NCBI GenBank assembly: GCA_965262055.1
Contig: CBDHEI010000002.1
Coordinates: 3,156,347-3,220,346 of the forward strand
Source: Dehalococcoidia bacterium
Lineage (GTDB): Bacteria > Chloroflexota > Dehalococcoidia > Lucifugimonadales > G958296245
Direction of reading: 5' to 3'
Length of the DNA: 64,000 bases
In this document: positions 43,518 to 53,279 of the stretch, piece by piece
How the letters are laid out: every line of letters begins with the position of its first letter
Position numbering within the stretch: the first letter of the stretch is position 1
Notes under the pieces: model-generated
Databases searched by the model: none
Seen by the model: the letters and a program-made list of their open reading frames with translations, nothing else
Told to the model about the DNA's origin: nothing
Position numbers and translations under genes: made by a program

Positions 43518-44204
43518 CTACGAGTCTAGCATTCGGACGCCACTCCGTGCGGAGTCAAGCTGCGAGCCCCGGATGTATGTGGGCTGTAGCGCTTCGGCGT
43601 CGTCAAGGTCCGACTCGCACAGTCGCCGGTACGCAATGGCCGCCAGGGCGGACGGCAGCCTTGTCGGAGCAGCGCAGCTTGCTGCTGAGGCGCCCTTGGG
43701 CAGTCCGTGCTCGACAAGCACGGGGACAGATTCGCCGCAGAAAAGCGTGTTCTCAGGGCTCTCGGCGGCTACGTCTTCGGGAGCCTCTACTTCGTAAGCG
43801 CCGTCTTCATGGGTGCCGGCGTTCGGATCGAATCTACCAGCGTAAAGCGTCTTCTTCCCTGCGGTCATAACGGCGCATACGGGGCGTCCCAGCCCAAGGT
43901 ACGGGTAAGCCTCTACGTGGAGGCTGCCCACGGCGACCAAGGGGATGCCCTGCGCCATCGACATCGCCTTGGCCACGCTGACGCCGACTCGCAGCGCGCT
44001 GAACCCCCCCGGCCCCCTGGCTACAAAGACGGCTTCTACGTCCTCGGGGGACACGCCGGCCTGTTCCATCAGGCGACGTATGGCCGGTACGCACTCGACG
44101 GAGTGGTTCTGCTCGGAACGCCAGGAAAGCGCGTGCGTTACCTGACCATTTTTGGACAACGCGACCGAGGCGTAGCGCGTCGACGTATCTATGGACAGCT
44201 CCAT
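43518..44204 (-). CDS. tsaB: tRNA t6A37 biosynthesis protein TsaB
   Basis: [16 protein letters not shown]...[24 protein letters not shown]. Confidence 0.8.
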   Translation of the reverse strand: MELSIDTSTRYASVALSKNGQVTHALSWRSEQNHSVECVPAIRRLMEQAGVSPEDVEAVFVARGPGGFSALRVGVSVAKAMSMAQGIPLVAVGSLHVEAYPYLGLGRPVCAVMTAGKKTLYAGRFDPNAGTHEDGAYEVEAPEDVAAESPENTLFCGESVPVLVEHGLPKGASAASCAAPTRLPSALAAIAYRRLCESDLDDAEALQPTYIRGSQLDSARSGVRMLDS

Positions 44205-44217
44205 GGTATGGCCCTGC

Positions 44218-44709
44218 CTATGGCGCCCGGCTCGCTCTCAGGGCGGCGAGCGCATCGGCAAAGGCGGCCCCGTCCGCGGACACCTTCATGCGGCGCGTCT
44301 CGTCGTCCACGTACTTCAATTCGATGCTCATGTGTTGCTCGTCCAGCAGTCCGGGCACCCTGTCCGCCCACTCGACCACCGTGACACCGTCGCTTTCAAG
44401 GTACTCCTCCAGGCCCAGGTCCAGCACGTCCGCGCCGCCCTTCAGCCGGTACAGGTCCACGTGGTAGAGCGTCATCCGGGCGCTGTACTCCGAAACCAGC
44501 ACGAATGTGGGGCTCCTGGCCGTCTCGTCCGAGCCCAGCCCCCGCAGGATGCCCTGCGTAAGGCAGGTCTTGCCCGCTCCCAGCTCGCCGGTCAGCAGGA
44601 AGACGTCCCCGGGCCGGGCCACCTCCCCCAGCACCCTGCCTACGCGTCGGGTCTCTTCAGGGCCGGTGGTGGTCAGCTCCAGGCACTCTATGACGCCTCC
44701 ATCACTCAC
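44218..44709 (-). CDS. tsaE: tRNA t6A37 biosynthesis ATPase TsaE
   Basis: GDVFLLTGELGAGKTCLTQGILRGLG...SPTFVLVSEY...LYHVDLYRL. Confidence 0.85.
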   Translation of the reverse strand: MSDGGVIECLELTTTGPEETRRVGRVLGEVARPGDVFLLTGELGAGKTCLTQGILRGLGSDETARSPTFVLVSEYSARMTLYHVDLYRLKGGADVLDLGLEEYLESDGVTVVEWADRVPGLLDEQHMSIELKYVDDETRRMKVSADGAAFADALAALRASRAP

Positions 44710-44735
44710 GTTGCGTCCGTCCTGGGTGGCAACCG

Positions 44736-45491
44736 CTAGAAATCGTCTTCGTCCTCGTCCTCGTCGTATGCCGGCGATGGGGCAGGGCCCGGTGTGTGGG
44801 GCACCAGTGCGCTGCGATGCTGCTGGCGCTCCCTGCGGCGTGGCAGCGACAACAGCGCGTCCCTTACGCTGGCGGCCTCTCCCGACCCGTGGCCCACGAT
44901 GAGCGCGTTGACGCCCGCCAGGCGCAGCGACTCGAGCGCGGTGGAGTCAAGGCCGTCGGGGGCCTCCACCAGGAGGGGCTTGTCCGTGAGCCCGCGCAGG
45001 GTCTGCACCGCCATGAGAGCTTCTATGGTCAGCGGGAGCTCAGTCAGCGGCGGCGTGAAGAGCACCCCGTCCACCTGCAGCTCCATGAGGGCGCGAACCG
45101 ACTCCTCGTCCATGTCGGCGGGCACCTCAGCAATGACGCCGAGGTCCTCGTCGTTGAGCACGGCGGCGTGGGTCTCCAGCGACTTGAACACGACGAAATC
45201 GCAACCTTTACCGAGGAGGTTGGTGGACTGCTCGAGCGTAAAGCTGGAGGAGCGCACGCCCCAGACACGGTCTTCGATCCCTTGAGCTCCGTCCATGGGG
45301 TCGGAAGAGTCAACCACAATGGCGTCGGCCGCTGAGGTAGCGGAGGCTGCGTCGCCGATCTGTTCGGCGCTTACCGACTCGATCAGCACCAGGTCCGGGG
45401 TGGCTTGCTCTTTCCCGGCGGCGGCACCGAACCCCAATGGCGGAGCCGATTGCAGTCCCGCCTTCTCAATTATGTCTATCAGTCTGCTCAT
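44736..45491 (-). CDS. hypothetical protein with acidic C-terminal tail
   Basis: The ATG at 45491 has a gagaggag SD. The product ends ...YDEDEDEDDF. No family was recognised. Confidence 0.5.
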   Translation of the reverse strand: MSRLIDIIEKAGLQSAPPLGFGAAAGKEQATPDLVLIESVSAEQIGDAASATSAADAIVVDSSDPMDGAQGIEDRVWGVRSSSFTLEQSTNLLGKGCDFVVFKSLETHAAVLNDEDLGVIAEVPADMDEESVRALMELQVDGVLFTPPLTELPLTIEALMAVQTLRGLTDKPLLVEAPDGLDSTALESLRLAGVNALIVGHGSGEAASVRDALLSLPRRRERQQHRSALVPHTPGPAPSPAYDEDEDEDDF

Positions 45492-45610
45492 GCAGCAACT
45501 CCTCTCTCTCGCTGTCTCCAAGGGATTCTAAGGCAGCAGCCAGACTGGTTCAACTTGTCCGGCTGCGTTAGTCTGTAACGGAACGAACCAGCACGCGCGG
45601 AGGACAAGAC

Positions 45611-46297
45611 ATGCAAGCGCGCCGCTTCCAGGGGAAGACCCTGGCTTACGTCACAGTGGAGCCGGACGGGTACGAAGCTGGCCGTCAGTACCCCATGATC
45701 ATACTGCTTCACGGGTACGGCGCAAACATGGGAGACCTGGCCGGCCTCAGCGGCGTGCTGGGCGATTCCGGTTACGTCTACGCGATGCCCAACGCCCCCA
45801 TAGAGCTCCAGACGGGGTTTGGGATGATGGGATTCGCGTGGGCAGACCCGCCGGCGGGAGGCGAGGGCAGCGGCATCTACGAATCCGATGAGCGCCTTGG
45901 GGTGTTCTTCGAAGAGGTGATGGCCCAATACGGTGTGGAGGCGGGCAACGTAGTGCTCGGCGGCTTCTCCCAAGGCGGCATGATGAGCTGCCGCCTCGGT
46001 CTGGCCAGACCGGAGACCTTTCGCGGCCTCGTCTGCCTCAGCGGCGTGGTGCTGGATACGGACGGGTTGAAGGAACGGCTGCCGGGGGACAGGACACAGC
46101 CCATCTTCATGTCGCACGGAACGGATGATACGGTAATTCCGATAGAGTCAGCCCGGCGATCCCTGCAGCTCCTGCGGGCCGAAGGCTACGCTCCCCAGTA
46201 CCGCGAGTACGGCATGGGACACGAGATCAGGGCCGAAGTGCTCGACGATCTGACGCCCTGGCTCCATGAAGTACTTCCGCCGTTGGGGAGTAGCTAG
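45611..46297 (+). CDS. alpha/beta hydrolase (phospholipase/carboxylesterase family)
   Basis: MIILLHGYGANMGDL...LGGFSQGGMMS...SHGTDDTVIP...GHEI forms a Ser-Asp-His arrangement. Confidence 0.75.
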   Translation: MQARRFQGKTLAYVTVEPDGYEAGRQYPMIILLHGYGANMGDLAGLSGVLGDSGYVYAMPNAPIELQTGFGMMGFAWADPPAGGEGSGIYESDERLGVFFEEVMAQYGVEAGNVVLGGFSQGGMMSCRLGLARPETFRGLVCLSGVVLDTDGLKERLPGDRTQPIFMSHGTDDTVIPIESARRSLQLLRAEGYAPQYREYGMGHEIRAEVLDDLTPWLHEVLPPLGSS

Positions 46298-46482
46298 CGC
46301 CGCCTCGGCGCGCAACGGGGACGCTTGGCGAAATTGCGCATATACGTGAGGAAACTCAAGAAGGTTCGCTGGCATCGTCACGAACTGGAAACACACAGCC
46401 GCGAATACGTAACGTAGGCGGCTAGTGCAGTCGCTTTCAGCGGAGTATCTCCGAATAGTGTCGAAATTCACAATCTCGACAA

Positions 46483-46511
46483 TTGATTGAGTTGCGTATC
46501 TTTGCTATATT
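46483..46511 (+). promoter_or_regulatory. candidate promoter of tRNA-Ser
   Basis: TTGATT (46483-88), a 17-nt spacer, then TGc-TATATT (46506-11). The predicted transcription start is a few nt before the mature tRNA 5' end at 46521. Confidence 0.5.
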
Positions 46512-46520
46512 GGAATCCTT

Positions 46521-46612
46521 GGAGGGATCGCATAGTGGTCTAGTGCGGCCGCCTGCTAAGCGGTTAGGGGGAGAAATCCCTCTCATGGGTTCGAATCCCA
46601 TTCCCTCCGCCA
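46521..46612 (+). tRNA. tRNA-Ser (anticodon GCU), long variable arm, CCA encoded
   Basis: The acceptor stem is GGAGGGA/TCCCTCC. The anticodon stem-loop is gccgc-CTGCTAA-gcggt. A long variable arm and the T-loop ggttcgaatcc are present. The 3' end is gCCA. Confidence 0.9.
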
Positions 46613-46694
46613 TTTTCAGAAGATGAGTAGGTAGCCAAGTCGTTTGACGAATAAGCTCGCCTCGGCGGGCCTAGTTGAATAGACCTCCCTTCCC

Positions 46695-47996
46695 ATGGTA
46701 TCCACGCCTACCGCACCAAGCAGCTTCCATATCTGGACTATCGGCTGCCAGATGAACAAGGCCGACTCCGAGCGCCTGGAAAGTGCGCTGGGCCAGTTGG
46801 GGCTTGGGGAAACCACAGTCGCTGCGGACGCCGACGTCATCGTGCTCAATAGCTGCGTGGTGAGGCAGAGCGCCGAGGACAAGGTGGCCGGCATGCTGGG
46901 GTCGTTGAAGCACCTCAAGCGGCGCGACCCGGAAAAGGTTATCGCGCTGATGGGGTGCATGGTGGGGCCGAAGACGGACGCGCTGTCCACGCGCTTCCCG
47001 CAGGTCGACGTATTCATGCGCCCGCAGCAGTACGAGCCGCTGTTCGACCTTCTCAGCGACCGCATGGGCGTGGACGTAGAGGGGTGCATCGGGCCGCTGA
47101 CTGCCCGGGCCGCCGTTACGGCGTACATACCCATCATCCACGGCTGCGACAAGTTCTGCACATTCTGCATCATCCCGTACCGTCGGGGTAGGGAGGTCAG
47201 CAGGCCCGTCGCGGACATCGTCCGCGAGGCCGAGCTGCTGGCGATGCGCGGGGTCAGGGAGGTGACGCTGCTGGGCCAGAACGTCGACTCCTACGGCCAC
47301 GATCTGGCGGGGACGGTCGATCTGGGCGACCTGCTGGCGACCGTCAACGGCGTCGAGGGTCTGGAGCGCGTGCGCTTCCTGACGTCGCATCCGAACGACA
47401 TGAGCGACCACATCATCGACCAGGTGGCCGAGCTCGACAAGGTGTGCGAGCACATCAACCTGCCGTTCCAGGCTGGCGACGACGAGGTCCTGCGCCGGAT
47501 GAGGCGGGGCTACACCGCCGGCGACTACAGGACGCTGATAGACAAGATCCGCGACAGGATACCCAACGTGTCGCTCAGCACAGACCTGATAGTCGGCTTC
47601 TGCGGGGAGACGGACTTGCAGTTCGAGCGGACACTCGACATGCTGCGCGACGTCAGGTTCGACAAAGTACACTCCGCCGCCTACTCGACGAGGGAGGGTA
47701 CGATCGCGGCCCGCAAGCTGGTGGACGACGTGCCCGACGAAGATAAGAAGGCCAGGCTGAAGGCCATAGAGAGCCTGCAGGAGCAGGTGCTGACCGAGAT
47801 CAACGCCGGCCTACAGGGAACAAGAGTCGACGTCCTGGTAGAGGGCACGAGGCGCGGGAAGGCCCAGGGCCGCAACCGGAACGACAAGATAGTCTACGTG
47901 GCGGGAGCCGAAGACCGTATCGGAGAGGTCGTCACCGCGACGGTCGAGGAAACGAGCCCATGGTCGCTGCAGGCCCGATTAGAGGCGGCGGCGTAG
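46695..47996 (+). CDS. miaB: tRNA-2-methylthio-N6-dimethylallyladenosine synthase (radical SAM methylthiotransferase)
   Basis: FHIWTIGCQMNKADSE...IIHGCDKFCTFCIIPYRRGRE carries the CxxxCxxC motif, followed by a TRAM-like C-terminus. Confidence 0.85.
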   Translation: MVSTPTAPSSFHIWTIGCQMNKADSERLESALGQLGLGETTVAADADVIVLNSCVVRQSAEDKVAGMLGSLKHLKRRDPEKVIALMGCMVGPKTDALSTRFPQVDVFMRPQQYEPLFDLLSDRMGVDVEGCIGPLTARAAVTAYIPIIHGCDKFCTFCIIPYRRGREVSRPVADIVREAELLAMRGVREVTLLGQNVDSYGHDLAGTVDLGDLLATVNGVEGLERVRFLTSHPNDMSDHIIDQVAELDKVCEHINLPFQAGDDEVLRRMRRGYTAGDYRTLIDKIRDRIPNVSLSTDLIVGFCGETDLQFERTLDMLRDVRFDKVHSAAYSTREGTIAARKLVDDVPDEDKKARLKAIESLQEQVLTEINAGLQGTRVDVLVEGTRRGKAQGRNRNDKIVYVAGAEDRIGEVVTATVEETSPWSLQARLEAAA

Positions 47997-48013
47997 GCAT
48001 TAAGAGAGGCGAA

Positions 48014-49216
48014 TTGGTAACCACACTGCGAAAGCCAACCATCCCAATCACCGAGATAGAGCAGTCAGCCTTTTGCCAGCCGGAGGACGAGCTCAAGTCG
48101 AAGACGCTGGCTGAGGAGTTCGACGCCAGCGTGCGCTGGCAGAAGCTGCCCACCGAGTACCTGAAGAAGACGCCGGAGGAGCTTGAAGCCCGTATAGCCG
48201 AGGCGAGGGCCAAGCTGGGCTCCAGGCTCGTCATCCTGGGACACCACTACCAGCGCAACGAGGTCATCAGGTTCGCCGACCTGCGGGGCGACTCTTTCAA
48301 GCTGTCGCAGTACGCCGCCTCTCAGCGGGACGCCGAGTACATAGTGTTCTGCGGCGTGCACTTCATGGCGGAGACGGCGGACGTGCTCAGCGCTCCGTCC
48401 CAAAAGGTGGTGCTGCCGAACCTGACAGCCGGCTGCTCCATGGCCGACATGGCCCACATCGACGACGTGCTCGACTGCTGGGACGACCTTCACGGCCTAT
48501 TCGGGGACAGTGTAATTCCCATCACCTACATGAACTCCACGGCGGCCATAAAGGCGCTGTGCGGCCGCAACAACGGCATCGTGTGCACCTCCACCAACGC
48601 GACGGCGACCTTCAGGTGGGCTTTCGAGCGCGGGGAGAAGGTGCTGTTCCTGCCCGACCAGCACTTGGGCAGGAACACCGGTGTGAAGCTCGGCGTCGGC
48701 CTGGACGAAATGGTCGTGTGGAACCCGTTCAAGCCCATGGGGGGCCACACCGAGGAGGAGCTGAGCCGGGCGAAGATCATACTCTGGCAAGGCCACTGCT
48801 CCGTCCACACCAGGTTCAAGGTCTCCCAGATAGAGGAGGCCCGAAGGCGCTACCCCGACGTGACCGTAGTGGTACATCCCGAGTGCTTCAGGGAGGTGGT
48901 CGAGGCCGCCGATATGGACGGCTCCACCGAGTACATAATCAGGGTCGTCAGCGAGGCGCCACCCGGCAGCGTCTGGGCTATTGGCACCGAGATCAGCCTC
49001 GTACACCGGCTCGCCCAGGAGAACCCGGACAAGACGGTCTTCTGCTTGGACTCGGTCGTCTGCCCATGCTCGACCATGTACCGCATCCATCCGGCGTACG
49101 TGTCGTGGGTGCTCGACGGACTGAACGAGGGGGTCGTAGTCAACCGCATCGAGGTGGAGGGGCAGACGAGGGCCGAGGCGCGGGTGGCTCTGGACCGCAT
49201 GCTTTCCGTGGCTTAG
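48014..49216 (+). CDS. nadA: quinolinate synthase
   Basis: LVILGHHYQRNEVIRFADLRGDSFKLSQ...VFCGVHFMAETADVL...HPEC.... The start is assumed to be the TTG at 48014, after the miaB stop, and is uncertain. Confidence 0.8.
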   Translation: MVTTLRKPTIPITEIEQSAFCQPEDELKSKTLAEEFDASVRWQKLPTEYLKKTPEELEARIAEARAKLGSRLVILGHHYQRNEVIRFADLRGDSFKLSQYAASQRDAEYIVFCGVHFMAETADVLSAPSQKVVLPNLTAGCSMADMAHIDDVLDCWDDLHGLFGDSVIPITYMNSTAAIKALCGRNNGIVCTSTNATATFRWAFERGEKVLFLPDQHLGRNTGVKLGVGLDEMVVWNPFKPMGGHTEEELSRAKIILWQGHCSVHTRFKVSQIEEARRRYPDVTVVVHPECFREVVEAADMDGSTEYIIRVVSEAPPGSVWAIGTEISLVHRLAQENPDKTVFCLDSVVCPCSTMYRIHPAYVSWVLDGLNEGVVVNRIEVEGQTRAEARVALDRMLSVA

Positions 49217-49217
49217 G

Positions 49218-50078
49218 GTGCCTGCTGTTCTCCCGACTCACGCCGAGATAGAGGCGCTGGTCGACCGCGCCCTATCCGAGGACCTGTCCGCGGGAGACCT
49301 GACGACCAACGCCGTCATACCGCCCGACCTACACGGGAAGGCGGTCATCATGTCCAAAGCGACGGGAGTCGTGGCCGGGCTGCCGGTTGCGCTTCTCGTC
49401 TTCAACCGCCTCGATCCCGGTGTGCAGACACGTTCCCTCATGAGAGACGGCGACCGCGTCGAGCCCGAGAGCTTCGTTGCGGAGGTGGAGGGTCCAGTTG
49501 CCTCCATCCTGAAGGCGGAGCGGACGGCGCTGAACTTCCTACAGCGTCTGAGCGGGATCGCCACCGAGGCGAGCCTGTACGCAGCCGCGGTGGAGGGACA
49601 TCCCGCGCGGGTTCTGGACACCAGGAAGACCACGCCGGGACTGCGCGCCCTGGAGAAGTACTCAGTAGCCGTGGGCGGAGGGCGGAACCACCGCCACAAC
49701 CTCGGTGACGGCATTTTGATTAAGGACAACCATCTGGAGGCCGCGCGCCGCATGGGGTACGGCATCGCGCATGCCGTCGAGTCGGCGCGAGCGTCCGCCC
49801 CTCACACCGTCAAGGTGGAGATCGAGGTAGAGGACCTGGGGCAGGTCAGGGAGGCGCTCGACGCCGGGGCGGACATCCTGCTCCTGGACAATATGGGCCT
49901 TGATGATATGAGGGCGGCTGTGGAGATGGCCCGGGGGCGGGCCGTCATCGAGGCGTCAGGCGGGATCACGCTGGACAACGTCCGCGATGTGGCCGCAACA
50001 GGTGTGGACTTCATATCGGTGGGTGCGCTGACGCACTCTCCACGCGCTCTAGACATGAGCCTGGAGTTGGTGGGGTAG
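49218..50078 (+). CDS. nadC: nicotinate-nucleotide pyrophosphorylase (carboxylating)
   Basis: RTALNFLQRLSGIAT...DTRKTTPGLRALEKYSVAVGGGRNHR...LLDNM. Confidence 0.85.
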   Translation: MPAVLPTHAEIEALVDRALSEDLSAGDLTTNAVIPPDLHGKAVIMSKATGVVAGLPVALLVFNRLDPGVQTRSLMRDGDRVEPESFVAEVEGPVASILKAERTALNFLQRLSGIATEASLYAAAVEGHPARVLDTRKTTPGLRALEKYSVAVGGGRNHRHNLGDGILIKDNHLEAARRMGYGIAHAVESARASAPHTVKVEIEVEDLGQVREALDAGADILLLDNMGLDDMRAAVEMARGRAVIEASGGITLDNVRDVAATGVDFISVGALTHSPRALDMSLELVG

Positions 50079-50136
50079 GGCGGCCGAGATCAACCTGCAT
50101 CCAAGAACAGCTTGACCAGAATTCCTACGTTTCCGG

Positions 50137-50328
50137 CTACCAGCGCTGCCCCAAGCCGAACAGCGGGAATATTACACGGTCGAGCCGTTGCTCCATGCTG
50201 GCCAACCGTTGGTCAACGCTTCTAACCCGTTGCCCAACGGTTCCCAGCCGCTGGTCAACGACACCTACTCGACCTTCTAGCTGCCCAAGGCCGCGGGCGA
50301 CCTCTTCTGTGCCAGTTGAAGCAACCAT
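50137..50328 (-). CDS. possible small coiled-coil ORF (weak)
   Basis: The 63-aa product has reiterated VDQRL/VGQRV/MEQRL units. The SD is weak and the region is more AT-rich. Confidence 0.25.
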   Translation of the reverse strand: MVASTGTEEVARGLGQLEGRVGVVDQRLGTVGQRVRSVDQRLASMEQRLDRVIFPLFGLGQRW

Positions 50329-50345
50329 ATCCTACCCTAGAACCC

Positions 50346-50696
50346 TTAGAACCCTTGCCTCTTCGACCAGCCTTGATTCCGATGCGTCATACCCAACAAT
50401 GGCAGTATACCGCTTGCCGTCCGTACGAGAGGTTTGGGTATACGGAATCCACCGATATGGCTGTACGCCGCGCGGTGGTCGACACGTACTGCGTATGTCA
50501 CCGCAGTTGGCCTCCGGCTCAGCAAGCGCCGCGTGGCTGTCGCGTCTCTTGCGTCGAGCTCATAGTCACCGGTCTCAACGTCGATGACTACGAATGTCCC
50601 CTTCTCCACCGGCCCAACTTGAGAAAGGACCCGTTCATGGTATATGGCTTCTCCCAAGGCTGTTATTTCCCCGGGTTCGTAAGCACGGCCTGCCAT
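50346..50696 (-). CDS. small hypothetical protein
   Basis: The ATG at 50696 is preceded by a strong aggaggaggg SD. The product is MAGRAYEPGEITALGEAIYHERVLSQV...TFVVIDVETGDYELD. The family is not named. Confidence 0.5.
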   Translation of the reverse strand: MAGRAYEPGEITALGEAIYHERVLSQVGPVEKGTFVVIDVETGDYELDARDATATRRLLSRRPTAVTYAVRVDHRAAYSHIGGFRIPKPLVRTASGILPLLGMTHRNQGWSKRQGF

Positions 50697-50848
50697 GGCG
50701 CCCTCCTCCTGACAATGGTGAAGCGTCTTGGCCACTATTTAAAGATACGCTCCAAGCTGCCCTATGGTCAATCAAGAGTGGGTGAGGCCGTTTAGCCCCG
50801 TATCCCGAGTGCGGGCTGCCCCCGTTTGCGGAACGTCCGGCGACTGAG

Positions 50849-50854
50849 TACAAT
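50849..50854 (+). promoter_or_regulatory. possible -10 box TACAAT upstream of the GS-like cluster
   Basis: It lies 64 nt upstream of the ATG at 50918. No clear -35 was found. Confidence 0.2.
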
Positions 50855-50917
50855 TCTCCACGAGTCGTGAGCAGAGTGGCTTCACGGCCGTATCCGGTCA
50901 GATCCGCAGGGTGAGCC

Positions 50918-52252
50918 ATGACCGCCGACAACCCCTCCATAAATGAGCTGGTGCGCGCGTGGGGAGAGCAGGGCGTGCGCTACGTGCGCTTCGAGCTCCC
51001 CGACCTCCACGGCACCAGCCGCTCGAAGATAGTGCCGCTGGCCCACGTGGAGGGGTTCGCCGCCAGCGGGCTGAACATGTACGGCGGCGCCGTCACGCTG
51101 GATACCGCATCTTCCGTGGTCGACGGCACCCTGTACAACGAGGAGGTCCTGTACGCCGACCAGTTCCTCGTCCCGGACCCGGCGACGGCGGCCATCGTTC
51201 CATGGACCGAGTCCACGGCACGGCTTATCTGCGACGGCTACTGGGCCGACGGCACCCCCCAACGCGCCGCGCCGCGGCAGGTCTTGGCGCGCCTGATGGA
51301 GCGGGCGCGCGAGATGGGGTACATGGTCAATGCAGGCCTGGAATACGAGTTCTACGTGCTGGACGGCGAGACCGGCGAGCCCACATTCGGCGGCATCCAC
51401 ATCTTCAACAGCATAAGGAACACCTACATACCGGTCATCGAGCAGGTACTCGACCAGATGTCGGAGGCGGGCATCGACATAATCACTGCCAACAGCGAGT
51501 ACGGCCCCTCCCAGTTCGAGATAAACTACGCCCCCGCAATTGGGGTCGCCGCCGGAGACACGGGCTTCACGTTCAAGAACGGCGTCAAGGCGATAGCGCA
51601 CCAGCTCGGCTACAACGCTACCTTCATGACCAAGCCGTTCGCCGACCAGTCGGCGAGCGGGTGCCATGTTCACGTGAGCTTGTTGGACAAGGACACGGGC
51701 GAGAACGTCTTTTTGGACGCCGAAGACTCGGATGGGCTGTCCGCCGTCTGCCGGCAGTTCATCAGGGGGATGCTGGACCACGCGGGCGCGAGCATGGCGC
51801 TGCTTGCCCCCTCTTTGAACTGCTACCACCGATTTGTGCCGCACCACTTCGCGCCCTCCAACGTGAGCTGGGGCGTCGAGGATCGGACGGCACTTGTGCG
51901 GGCGAAGAACCCGCGTGACGAGAATACCCACTTGGAGAACAGGCTCGGAACTGGCCTCTCGAACCCCTACCTCGCCTTGGCTGCGGTCGTGGCCGGGGGA
52001 CTGCTGGGGCTGGAGGCCGGCGTGCCCGCGGCCCCTCCTGGTGAGGGAACGGCGGAGAGCCGGCCGGAGCATGCGGCGCTTCCTGGCAGCCTTTCAGAGG
52101 CGCTGGACGCCCTGGAGACAGACGGCGCCTTCTCCGAGCTGCTCGGCGGCGAGTTCGTCGAGGCGTACTGCACGATGAAGCGTTACGAGGTGCAGCGCTT
52201 CAGAGAGCACGTCACGGACTGGGAGCGCACCGAATACCTGGAGGTGTACTAG
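50918..52252 (+). CDS. glutamine synthetase family protein (gamma-glutamyl-amine synthetase-like, GmaS/GlnA3-like)
   Basis: The 444-aa product contains VRYVRFELPDLHGTSRSKIV, EYEFYVL, EYGPSQFEIN and CHVHVSL, which are GS catalytic-domain signatures. Confidence 0.8.
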   Translation: MTADNPSINELVRAWGEQGVRYVRFELPDLHGTSRSKIVPLAHVEGFAASGLNMYGGAVTLDTASSVVDGTLYNEEVLYADQFLVPDPATAAIVPWTESTARLICDGYWADGTPQRAAPRQVLARLMERAREMGYMVNAGLEYEFYVLDGETGEPTFGGIHIFNSIRNTYIPVIEQVLDQMSEAGIDIITANSEYGPSQFEINYAPAIGVAAGDTGFTFKNGVKAIAHQLGYNATFMTKPFADQSASGCHVHVSLLDKDTGENVFLDAEDSDGLSAVCRQFIRGMLDHAGASMALLAPSLNCYHRFVPHHFAPSNVSWGVEDRTALVRAKNPRDENTHLENRLGTGLSNPYLALAAVVAGGLLGLEAGVPAAPPGEGTAESRPEHAALPGSLSEALDALETDGAFSELLGGEFVEAYCTMKRYEVQRFREHVTDWERTEYLEVY

Positions 52253-52254
52253 CT

Positions 52255-53265
52255 ATTAAGAGAATAGTAATAACCAAGCCGCTCGAGGCTGGCATCGACG
52301 AGACCGACGAGCCGAGGCCCGGCCCTGGGCAGGTGCTGGTGAAGACGTCCGTCACCGGCATAAGCGCCGGCACGGAGATGGGCCTTTACAAGGGCACGAA
52401 CGAGGCGCTGGTAAAGCGGCGCTGGGGCGAGAACTGGGTCTACCCCATGTACCCGGGCTACGAAGCAGTGGGAAGGGTGGTGGAGTGCGGCCCAGGCGCG
52501 GATCGGCTCAAGCCGGGCGACCGCATCATAAGCTACGGCGGTCATACCGAGTACAACGTAGTCGACGAGGCGGGGGCAGTTAAGCTTCCGGACAACATCT
52601 CCGACCGCCAGGCCACGTTGTCGATCCTGGGCACCACGTCCCTCCACGGACTACGCCGTGGCCGGGTAGAGTACGGCGACACCGTGGCCGTAGTCGGCAT
52701 GGGCCAGATGGGCCAGATGGGCATTCAGCACGCCAGGTTGTCCGGGGCCGCCCGCACCATAGCTGTGGACAAGGACCCGTGGCGGCTCGACATGGCGAGG
52801 CGGCTGGGCACCGAGCACTGCATCAACCCTGACGACGGCGACCCTGTAGAGGCCATCGCGCGCATCTCGGACGGAGGCGCTCACGTCGTGCTGGAGACCG
52901 CCGGCGTGGCGCCCGCCATACCACTTGCCATGGCCCTTGCCCGCGACGAGGGGCGAGTAGTGATCGTGGGCTGGCACCTGGAGTCCATCGACTTCGAGCC
53001 AGGCGAGGACTTTCTCTACAAGGAGCTGGAGCTATTGGCGTCGCGGGGCAGCGGCTATACGGACGTTTCGGAGACTGGCCCCAGGCGCTGGACAAACCCA
53101 AAGAACCGGGCCCTCGTAATAGACCTCATCTCGCGCGGCCTTATCCGCACCGAGGGGCTGGTCACTCACGTGCTGCCCTATACGGAGATCAGCCGCGCTT
53201 ACGAGATCATCCGCACGAAGTCGGAGCCGTCCCTCCAGGTCGTGCTGACCTGGAACGAGGCTTAG
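52255..53265 (+). CDS. zinc-dependent alcohol dehydrogenase / MDR family; N-terminus extended to a non-canonical ATT start
   Basis: The ORF track starts at the GTG at 52333 (MLVKTSVTGISAGTE). The open frame upstream encodes the typical MDR N-terminus IKRIVITKPLEAGIDETDEPRPGPGQVLVK. GGAGG (52240-44) precedes an ATT at 52255, 2 nt after the GS-like TAG. Confidence 0.65.
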   Translation: MKRIVITKPLEAGIDETDEPRPGPGQVLVKTSVTGISAGTEMGLYKGTNEALVKRRWGENWVYPMYPGYEAVGRVVECGPGADRLKPGDRIISYGGHTEYNVVDEAGAVKLPDNISDRQATLSILGTTSLHGLRRGRVEYGDTVAVVGMGQMGQMGIQHARLSGAARTIAVDKDPWRLDMARRLGTEHCINPDDGDPVEAIARISDGGAHVVLETAGVAPAIPLAMALARDEGRVVIVGWHLESIDFEPGEDFLYKELELLASRGSGYTDVSETGPRRWTNPKNRALVIDLISRGLIRTEGLVTHVLPYTEISRAYEIIRTKSEPSLQVVLTWNEA

Positions 53266-53279
53266 GAGGACTGCTGACC

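Noticed and set aside
46148-46471. 107-aa minus-strand ORF between the esterase gene and tRNA-Ser
   Set aside because: It overlaps the 3' end of the well-supported esterase gene and runs through the tRNA promoter region. There are no supporting features.
50736-50917. Possible glutamine (glnA-type) riboswitch or other leader upstream of the GS-like gene
   Set aside because: I could not see the compact conserved core or pseudoknot-forming segments I would expect. Only a possible TACAAT box was noted. A covariance-model scan would be needed to say more.
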